From IMG/VR virus record IMGVR_UViG_3300017912_000319, positions 1-31,283 of that record: 31,283 nt of DNA, one strand, 5' to 3'. This DNA comes from a virus (taxonomy: Duplodnaviria; Caudoviricetes). Made by a program: the position numbers and the translations under genes. Positions 17,924 to 24,233 of the stretch are shown here, piece after piece. Below the pieces are notes generated by a model. It had not been told where the DNA came from and did not search any database. It saw only the letters and a list, made by a program, of their open reading frames with translations. The first letter of the stretch is position 1, and each line of letters opens with the position of its first letter.

Positions 17924-18115
17924 TTAGCCGATTAGGTCACTAGGGGGCAGTTCATAATGGTCCGACAGTTTGACCTTGCCCTCATAGTTTATGTAGAGAA
18001 GGGGGCTTTCATCACCATAGACAGGGTGTTCATAAAATGGCACCCCATCGACTGATCCAATGTAAGTTGCTTTTTCTACCAGACGTTTTGCTTTCTCAGT
18101 TTTAGGTTTATTCAT
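17924..18115 (-). CDS. hypothetical protein, first gene of the leftward early operon
   Basis: 63 aa; AGGAAAG SD; FYEHPVYGDESPL motif. Confidence 0.7.
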   Translation of the reverse strand: MNKPKTEKAKRLVEKATYIGSVDGVPFYEHPVYGDESPLLYINYEGKVKLSDHYELPPSDLIG

Positions 18116-18130
18116 GTTTTCACTTTCCTA

Positions 18131-18199
18131 GTTGATTGGCTCGTTGTTTCGTTAGGTTTCTCATCAGGTGCAGCTACCAGCGCCACACGACAACTCAAC
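18131..18199 (-). ncRNA. hammerhead ribozyme (type III topology, minimal stem II)
   Basis: GUUG-UC, stem I GUGUGGC/GCUGCAC, CUGAUGA (18167-18161), G-AAACCUAA-C, GAAA, CAAC; all core nucleotides present; predicted cut between 18189 and 18188. Confidence 0.85.
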
Positions 18200-18369
18200 C
18201 TCCGAAACCAGTTTTAGCACCTGCCCGTGTCTAAGTAATCCTCAACGGTTCACTAGGGCGCTATCCTACAGCAAGGGCGGCAATCCTCCATACGCGCTAG
18301 GCGTGGGGCGTTCCTATCGGGGTTCGCGGGAGGGGGCTAAAGCCGCGTCCGTCGCTTCCGATAACAAAG

Positions 18370-18398
18370 ATCTAAGCCCTGCGATTCCGATTCTCAAC
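18370..18398 (-). promoter_or_regulatory. leftward early promoter (putative)
   Basis: GTTGAG-N17-TTAGAT containing two GANTC sites; phased A/T tracts upstream at 18404-18435. Confidence 0.55.
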
Positions 18399-18922
18399 CC
18401 CCCAAAAGCAAAAAAATGCAAAAAACCTGAAAAAAGTTTCCGGGGTCAATCTCGCAGAATATTGGGGGTTTTCTTCCTATACGAATCGGTATAAGGTGAT
18501 TCCTGAGGTCGGACATAGCCCGGACAGGCTGGTCTCCGGACGGTTTAGGAGTGTGGAATCCGACTCTATAGTTTAACCATTAAACTACCGGAACGAATCG
18601 TGCACAAAATCTCAGAACAAAATCCGGAGTGTCAAGGAATCTTTTCGTTTGACTAAACCTGATTCGCTCTGATAGGGTGGAGGTCTGGGACTTACGAATC
18701 AAACGAATCACTGGAGGCGCAATAGTAAACAGGAGAATCGGTAAAGTAAACCCATTGTAACAATTATCACGAATCGGTTACTTCAGTGAAACAATGTCCT
18801 GTCAAGGGTTGACTCGGCAATCGTTACTTTTGTGACTGATTCGTAATATTTTGTGATGTAAGAATCGTTCACAATCTTATGTCAAGGGGTTGACAGCTAA
18901 AATGTGAACTTTGTGACGATTC
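18383..18922. promoter_or_regulatory. GANTC site cluster (17 sites)
   Basis: Sites start at 18383, 18389, 18483, 18498, 18556, 18562, 18595, 18637, 18661, 18696, 18705, 18735, 18771, 18811, 18838, 18862 and 18918. Confidence 0.85.
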
Positions 18923-18963
18923 GTAACAATTCGTGAAGTGACCTAGGGTCAGCACCTACGACC

Positions 18964-19077
18964 CCCCCACGTGGGAATTGTTCACCCCTACGTGGGAATT
19001 GTTCGCCTGACCATACGATGACTATCGTCACCCCCACGAGGGAATTGTTCAGGGTCACCCCTACGTGGGAATTGTTC
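18964..19077 (+). repeat. four 20-bp direct repeats CCCCYACGWGGGAATTGTTC
   Basis: Copies at 18964, 18985, 19031 and 19058. Confidence 0.92.
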
Positions 19078-19140
19078 AGGAACGTATGTGACGTTACAAG
19101 GAACGTATGGTAAACTACTGAAACCAGACCAAAATAATCT

Positions 19141-19169
19141 CTTGACTATCGAAGAGAATCAGCTTATAA
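19141..19169 (+). promoter_or_regulatory. early promoter 1
   Basis: CTTGAC-N17-TTATAA with GAATC at spacer positions 10-14. Confidence 0.8.
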
Positions 19170-19201
19170 CCGATACCAGAGATGAAGAAAGGAGCTAACA
19201 C

Positions 19202-19666
19202 ATGCCTAAGATCAAGCAAGTATCCAAGTCATCCCCTGAGTTCAAACAGGTGGAGACTATGGTGAACAAGTGCCTACGACACCTGAGCAAGAAAGAGTAC
19301 GGCATCGTCAAGAACTACTCTGAGGCTAAAGCACAGGCCCGTAGGGTTCTTGAGGTCTACAACTCCCAAGTTCGCTCTCGTGCTGGTGCCTACCGTATCA
19401 TGCTGTGCTCTAATCACTGGGGCGTATCTCATGGCAACTTTACGGAATACCCCAGCTTCAAGGATCACCCCACCATTGGCTCCCTGAAGGGTGTCAGCCC
19501 AGAGAAAGCTTTGTTTGCTTTGGTAGCACACGAGGTATCTCACCACGTACAATACAAGTTCCTGAGGTATGACAGCAGGTACAAGCATCTGTACAAGAAG
19601 CCTCATGGTGATGGCTTTAAGCTAGTGTACAACATCTTGCGTCGTGACTTGGTAAACCCAAGCTAA
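19202..19666 (+). CDS. SprT-like zinc metallopeptidase-domain protein
   Basis: LVAHEVSH (HExxH) plus KPHGDGF; AAAGGAG SD. Confidence 0.75.
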   Translation: MPKIKQVSKSSPEFKQVETMVNKCLRHLSKKEYGIVKNYSEAKAQARRVLEVYNSQVRSRAGAYRIMLCSNHWGVSHGNFTEYPSFKDHPTIGSLKGVSPEKALFALVAHEVSHHVQYKFLRYDSRYKHLYKKPHGDGFKLVYNILRRDLVNPS

Positions 19667-19690
19667 AAATGCAGAGGGTGGTTCTTTAAG

Positions 19691-19719
19691 GTTGACACCA
19701 GAAGAGAATCACCCTATAT
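19691..19719 (+). promoter_or_regulatory. early promoter 2
   Basis: GTTGAC-N17-CTATAT with GAATC at spacer positions 10-14. Confidence 0.8.
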
Positions 19720-19745
19720 ACAATATCAACAGAAGGAGAAAACAA

Positions 19746-19940
19746 ATGACTTATACTGACTTCGTGTACCTGACCAACGAATATGATCACGAACTAGAGG
19801 TTGACCTTGCACTGATGGACGAAGGTGTCTATGTAGGTGTCTGGTGCCAAGGGCCTGATGCTGGTGTCGAGGTAGAACTGACAAGTGCTCAAGTGAAGGA
19901 AGCACGTAAGCTAGGGGAGGTCAAGAGCCTCTATGAGTGA
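19746..19940 (+). CDS. hypothetical acidic protein, 64 aa
   Basis: AAGGAG SD before the ATG at 19746; the track's TTG start falls inside the promoter. Confidence 0.7.
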   Translation: MTYTDFVYLTNEYDHELEVDLALMDEGVYVGVWCQGPDAGVEVELTSAQVKEARKLGEVKSLYE

Positions 19941-20037
19941 ACAAGAGAAAAAACCTATTGACGACCCCTGCGATCCTGTGGCACATTGGTTTCCAATAAA
20001 GGAATCACCACCTAAGAAGGAACATGAAGATGACTAA
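19933..20037 (+). CDS. small hypothetical protein, 34 aa (MSEQEKKPIDDPCD...)
   Basis: Fills the gap and overlaps both neighbouring genes; GGAGG about 12 nt upstream. Confidence 0.45.
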   Translation: MSEQEKKPIDDPCDPVAHWFPIKESPPKKEHEDD

Positions 20038-20254
20038 CACTGAATATACAACGTATGACCTCAACAAGATCATCGAAGAGACTTACCCTAATGACTACGT
20101 TTCACAGGCTGGTACTCTTCGGGCTGTCCTGTCTAGTGCACTGACTCACGTTAAGGTTCGTGATCCTAAGATGTTCGAAGAGATCGTGCAGTTCGAGATG
20201 ATAGTACAGGAGAAGATGAAGGAAGATAAGGAACGGGAGGCAAAAGACGCTTGA
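20024..20254 (+). CDS. hypothetical protein
   Basis: 76 aa ORF with AAGGA SD; the true start may be 20030. Confidence 0.7.
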   Translation: MKMTNTEYTTYDLNKIIEETYPNDYVSQAGTLRAVLSSALTHVKVRDPKMFEEIVQFEMIVQEKMKEDKEREAKDA

Positions 20255-20278
20255 CGCCCAGCACGAATCACTGTATAC
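20250..20278 (+). promoter_or_regulatory. early promoter 3
   Basis: CTTGAC-N17-GTATAC with GAATC at spacer positions 10-14. Confidence 0.78.
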
Positions 20279-20305
20279 CATAATCATCAACTGAGGAGAT
20301 ACACA

Positions 20306-20581
20306 ATGCTTACTAAAGAAACTGTCCGCGACGCCTTGGAAATCATCGGCAACAAGTTCTTCACCGTAGAGTTCGTAGCCAAGGATGGTGGTGTACGAGT
20401 GTATAACGGTCGCATCAACATCAAGAAGGGCCTCAAGAACAACGAGCGTTCTGAGATTGTACGCAAGGCTTTCCAAGCTAACGGTGTGGTACCTATCAAG
20501 ATCGACGGTGAACAGTTTAAGGCATTCAAGCTGGACAACGTGCTGTCTATCAAAGGTGCAGGTCAGGAGTGGGTGGCGTAA
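20306..20581 (+). CDS. small SH3/Sm-like beta-barrel protein (WYL_2/DUF2693-like)
   Basis: FFTVEFVAKDGGVRVYNGR ... FKAFKLDNV; GAGGAG SD. Confidence 0.6.
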   Translation: MLTKETVRDALEIIGNKFFTVEFVAKDGGVRVYNGRINIKKGLKNNERSEIVRKAFQANGVVPIKIDGEQFKAFKLDNVLSIKGAGQEWVA

Positions 20582-20718
20582 TGTCCCCCAGCTTGTCCGC
20601 AGAGTTATATCGGCAGGGTCTTATCACTAAGGAAGAGGCCCTGTGGATCATGGTAGACGGTCGCATCAGACCTAATGAGGCTGCACTGTTTGACCAAGAT
20701 GGAAACCCTAAGTTCTAA
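20581..20718 (+). CDS. hypothetical protein, 45 aa (MSPSLSAELYRQG...)
   Basis: TAATG coupling to the previous gene; stop abuts the next SD. Confidence 0.6.
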   Translation: MSPSLSAELYRQGLITKEEALWIMVDGRIRPNEAALFDQDGNPKF

Positions 20719-20729
20719 GGAGATACACA

Positions 20730-20978
20730 ATGGAAACTAATCGTAAATCTGATCATGTGCTGTGGTTTGAGGGTGTCATGCGACTCACCGGAGACAGCCG
20801 AGAGGAACAGTTGGTGGTTCGCAAGGTGCCGTTCACATGGTACTGGGACGAAAGCAGCCGCGAGTGCGCAGAGTATTGGGCAGCGGTAGACTACATCGCC
20901 AAGACTTACGGGCCTGACTGGTTCTCTATCTCTGCATGGGGTAGCAGCCCGGCACAAAAGGAGACTGATGATGACTGA
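20730..20978 (+). CDS. hypothetical protein
   Basis: 82 aa; AGGAGATACACAATG start context identical to that of the gene at 20306. Confidence 0.72.
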   Translation: METNRKSDHVLWFEGVMRLTGDSREEQLVVRKVPFTWYWDESSRECAEYWAAVDYIAKTYGPDWFSISAWGSSPAQKETDDD

Positions 20979-21228
20979 AGAACAAGAACGAGAATACTGG
21001 GTGAAGTTCCCCCACGGTGGAAAAGAGTATACTGTAGGAGCAGACCTATACGGGCAAGGCTCGTGGTACACAGACCCTACAGGGGAAACCTTCGAAGACG
21101 AGAACCCTGACTTCTATAACTATGTAGCTTATGTGAACGACAAAGAGGCTTTAGTTACCTCTGACATCGCTGCAATAGCTGACCTTATCATGACTAACAT
21201 CTACTGGAACACCCAAGAGGAAAACTGA
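20968..21228 (+). CDS. hypothetical acidic protein
   Basis: 86 aa; AAGGAG SD. Confidence 0.7.
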   Translation: MMTEEQEREYWVKFPHGGKEYTVGADLYGQGSWYTDPTGETFEDENPDFYNYVAYVNDKEALVTSDIAAIADLIMTNIYWNTQEEN

Positions 21229-21229
21229 A

Positions 21230-21472
21230 ATGAACATCTACTACATGGGCAAGAACCTGACAGAATCTGAATTTCCAATCGTAGTATGGAACACACGTAT
21301 TCCACGCAACATCAAGGGTGTAACTCAATGCCCCCAAGAGGAATACGAGAACAGACCTCGTGGCTGGGGTGAACCTGAAGGTGGCGGTGGCCCTGACGCT
21401 TGGGCTACTATTGTAAACAATACAGACAGCGCACGTCGAGACACTTTCCCACGGGAGGTAGCACCAGTATGA
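21230..21472 (+). CDS. hypothetical protein
   Basis: 80 aa; GAGGA SD; ATGA overlap with the next gene. Confidence 0.65.
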   Translation: MNIYYMGKNLTESEFPIVVWNTRIPRNIKGVTQCPQEEYENRPRGWGEPEGGGGPDAWATIVNNTDSARRDTFPREVAPV

Positions 21473-22056
21473 CACCTGATTTTATCATAGGTATGGCTAA
21501 AAGGTCAGCCGCTAAATACCGCAACATAAGCCACAAGGAAGACTTAGTATCTGAGGGCTTGATGGCAGCTTATGAGGAACTGGCAGAGAACCCACAGGCT
21601 ACTCCCGGTCGTGTCTATCAGGTAATAAGTACCGCACAATGGAAGTTCCTGAATGTTGACTGTTTGTCTGTGACTGTTCCTTTTGAGGTTGTGCGTCTAG
21701 CTAAAGGGTTAGGCTCACCAGAGGATAAGCGTGGGTACACAGAGGAGATGATTGAGTGGGCTAAACTGATCTGTGATTCACCACAGTTCGACTCTATCCT
21801 TCACGAAAAAGACGTAGAATCTGACCAAACGGAAGCCTATGAGGAGCAGGATTTGGTTCAGGTTGTGTGGGAAGCTGCAAGGGAATGTCTGACAGAAGAT
21901 GAGTATGACCTGTTTCATGCTTACTTTGAGAAGAATCTTAACGGTGAGCAGATAGGTTTTAACCTTGGTGTTACCCGTCAGGCGGTGAACTTAAAGGTTA
22001 TAAAGGCGTCTGAAAAGGTCAGGAAGCATATTGCGAACAAAAAATGGGAGTTGTAA
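21469..22056 (+). CDS. sigma-70-like transcription factor
   Basis: Region 2-like EDLVSEGLMAAYE; region 4-like LTEDE...EQIGFNLGVTRQAV HTH; GGAGG SD. Confidence 0.75.
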   Translation: MTPDFIIGMAKRSAAKYRNISHKEDLVSEGLMAAYEELAENPQATPGRVYQVISTAQWKFLNVDCLSVTVPFEVVRLAKGLGSPEDKRGYTEEMIEWAKLICDSPQFDSILHEKDVESDQTEAYEEQDLVQVVWEAARECLTEDEYDLFHAYFEKNLNGEQIGFNLGVTRQAVNLKVIKASEKVRKHIANKKWEL

Positions 22057-22066
22057 CATTTCGTGA

Positions 22067-22125
22067 CTTGACGTAGCTTTTATCCCCATCTATATATTTA
22101 TGAGAGATGGTAACTATAGTATAAC
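22067..22125 (+). promoter_or_regulatory. 59-bp promoter element, copy 2, facing the replication operon
   Basis: CTTGAC-N17-CTATAT; inverted near-identical copy of 16225-16283. Confidence 0.85.
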
Positions 22126-22194
22126 TTAAGTTTTATACTTTCTTGTTAATCTTAATAAGGATAAAAACTTAAGTATAACTTAAGGAGGACATAA

Positions 22195-23790
22195 ATGAGT
22201 AACATCATGGGACCGTGTCCCTTTACTAGTTGCGGTTCATCTGATGCGTTCAGTTGGGAGACAGAGAAACAAGTGGGTAAGTGCTTCAGTTGTGAGCAAA
22301 GCTACCCACATAGTAGGATGGTATGTGAACCTTGGGTGGCTGAAAAGTACCCACTAAAGAATGATAGGAAACAAATGGACGATATTACCCCGAAGTCAGA
22401 CAGTGACATTTTCATGGTGGTAGACAATACTAGCTCTGACGGTTTGGAATACAGACCCTACCGAGGGATTAGCTATGCAACTATGGAGTTCTACGGTGTA
22501 AAGACAAACGACAATAAGCAGGTGTACCCTTACCCTAACGGCACTAACAAGGTGCGGTTACTTCCGAAGGACTTTAGTAGGAACGCAGGGTTCAAGGCTG
22601 ACAGTTTGTTTGGTAGCAACCTGTTCCCTGTAGGGTGTGCACGTAAGGTGACTGTCTGTGAGGGTGAACTAGACGCCATGAGCGCCCATCAGATGCTCTC
22701 TGGGGGCGGTTACATTAACCCTGTGGTTTCCCTGCCTTCAGCAAGCCCTAATGGTAAGCTGTGGGGTAAAGTGTCGGCTTACTTAGACAGCTTCGACCAG
22801 ATTATATTGTCTGTAGATAATGATGATAAAGGGCGTGAGGTAGCTGAGGTTCTGTTTGACCTGTTCCCTGAGAAGGTCCACATCATGGATCACGGTGTAC
22901 ACAAAGACGCCAATGACTTCCTGATAGCTAACGAGGAAAGGGCTTACAAGAATGCTTGGTGGTCAGCTAAGAAGTACAGCCCAGCAGGCTTCACAGCGGG
23001 TGCTGAGGACTGGCTTAAGGCTGTACATGAGGAGACACCCTATGAGTACACACCGACGTTCTCTGAGGGGCTGAACGACACTATACGGGGTTGGGTCAAG
23101 GGTGGTATCACAGTTGTTAAGGCACCTCCGGGTACTGGTAAGACTTCTGTGTTCCGGGCCTCCCAGCATGATCTTGTGGTAAACAAAGGTCAACGTGTTG
23201 GTGTCTTGCACATGGAGGAGATGAAGAGTACGACAGCACGGGGTATGGCAACGTATCACCTTGGTAAGAACGTGAACACACAGGAAGACCAGGATTTCTA
23301 TGGCGTCAGTAATGAACAACTTGACATTGCTATCTCTGAGGTAGTAGAGGATAACAAGTTCGTTGCTTTTGAGGTCAACCCTCAAGACCCTATTGATGAT
23401 ACGCTCAAGCAGGCCAAGTACGCAGTGACAGTTTACGGGTGTGACTACCTGTTCATTGACCACCTGCAACGCCTAGCGTATCTATCTGGTGTTGATGGCG
23501 CTACTGCTGCTCTGACGGAGTTGGGTGTACGTTTGGTTGAGTTCTCTAAGCGACGTAACGTAGGGATCATCTGTATCTCTCACGTCAACGACGATGGCAA
23601 GACTAAGTATGCCAAGTCAATCGAAGAGGAAGCTATTATGCTGATCGAACTGAAACGCGACATGAAGGCTGAAGGTGATGACTCCAACTACACTCATGTA
23701 GAAGTCACAAAGAACCGTCCGTACTCACGTCTAGGAAATTCTGGTCGTCTGTACTATGATCCTGAGACTACTATTGTAAAGGGGGTATGA
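22195..23790 (+). CDS. T7 gp4-like primase/helicase
   Basis: N-terminal Cys4 zinc finger, TOPRIM CEGELDA and DND, KDAND, Walker A APPGTGKT, FIDHL, KNR. Confidence 0.93.
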   Translation: MSNIMGPCPFTSCGSSDAFSWETEKQVGKCFSCEQSYPHSRMVCEPWVAEKYPLKNDRKQMDDITPKSDSDIFMVVDNTSSDGLEYRPYRGISYATMEFYGVKTNDNKQVYPYPNGTNKVRLLPKDFSRNAGFKADSLFGSNLFPVGCARKVTVCEGELDAMSAHQMLSGGGYINPVVSLPSASPNGKLWGKVSAYLDSFDQIILSVDNDDKGREVAEVLFDLFPEKVHIMDHGVHKDANDFLIANEERAYKNAWWSAKKYSPAGFTAGAEDWLKAVHEETPYEYTPTFSEGLNDTIRGWVKGGITVVKAPPGTGKTSVFRASQHDLVVNKGQRVGVLHMEEMKSTTARGMATYHLGKNVNTQEDQDFYGVSNEQLDIAISEVVEDNKFVAFEVNPQDPIDDTLKQAKYAVTVYGCDYLFIDHLQRLAYLSGVDGATAALTELGVRLVEFSKRRNVGIICISHVNDDGKTKYAKSIEEEAIMLIELKRDMKAEGDDSNYTHVEVTKNRPYSRLGNSGRLYYDPETTIVKGV

Positions 23791-24233
23791 TGGAAACAGT
23801 ATTCGACATTGAGACCAACGGACTTCTTGATGTGGTAGACAGAGTGCATGTGGTGAGCTATATGGATGAGACCATGAGTGAACCTTCATCCCTGTATGAC
23901 TACGAGGAAATCAAGGGGTTCTTCAAGCAGGATCGTGTATTCATCGGCCACCACATCATAGGCTATGACTTCCCAGCACTGGCTAAGGTGTTGCAGGTGT
24001 CTAATCCTAAGCGTCTAGTGGATACTTACCCTTTGGCTGTTACTCTGATGCCTAACAGAAAAAGTTACGGTCTCGAAGGATTTGGGGTTGAATACGGTGT
24101 ACCTAAGCCTGTAGTTAAGGACTGGGAGAACCTGACACGAGAGGACTACACATTTCGTTGCGAAAGTGACGTCAAGATAAACTGGTCTCTCTGGCAGGCC
24201 CTACGACGGAAATTAGGTGAGTTGTATGGATAA
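23787..24233 (+). CDS. 3'-5' exonuclease domain of a family A DNA polymerase, as a separate ORF
   Basis: ExoI FDIET, ExoII GHHIIGYD, ExoIII RCESDV. Confidence 0.88.
   Translation: MMETVFDIETNGLLDVVDRVHVVSYMDETMSEPSSLYDYEEIKGFFKQDRVFIGHHIIGYDFPALAKVLQVSNPKRLVDTYPLAVTLMPNRKSYGLEGFGVEYGVPKPVVKDWENLTREDYTFRCESDVKINWSLWQALRRKLGELYG

Noticed and set aside
17885-17925. Twister or pistol ribozyme
   Set aside because: Their conserved cores could not be matched; kept only as a pseudoknot candidate
18168-18494. 108-aa plus-strand ORF
   Set aside because: No motif or convincing SD; overlaps the ribozyme, leader and promoter on the other strand
18591-18630. Alphaproteobacterial LexA box (GAAC-N7-GAAC)
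   Set aside because: Only partial matches such as GAAC-N7-GCAC; no repressor or integrase in the window to suggest SOS control
18964-19077. 20-bp repeats as a mini CRISPR array
   Set aside because: Gaps are 1, 26 and 7 bp, too irregular for spacers, and there are no cas genes in the window
15961-19200. tRNA genes in the non-coding region
   Set aside because: No cloverleaf with a T-loop consensus was seen by eye; tRNAscan-SE would be needed to exclude them fully
20294-20732. AGGAGATACACAATG duplicated before two genes
   Set aside because: Adequately explained as a reused strong ribosome-binding site
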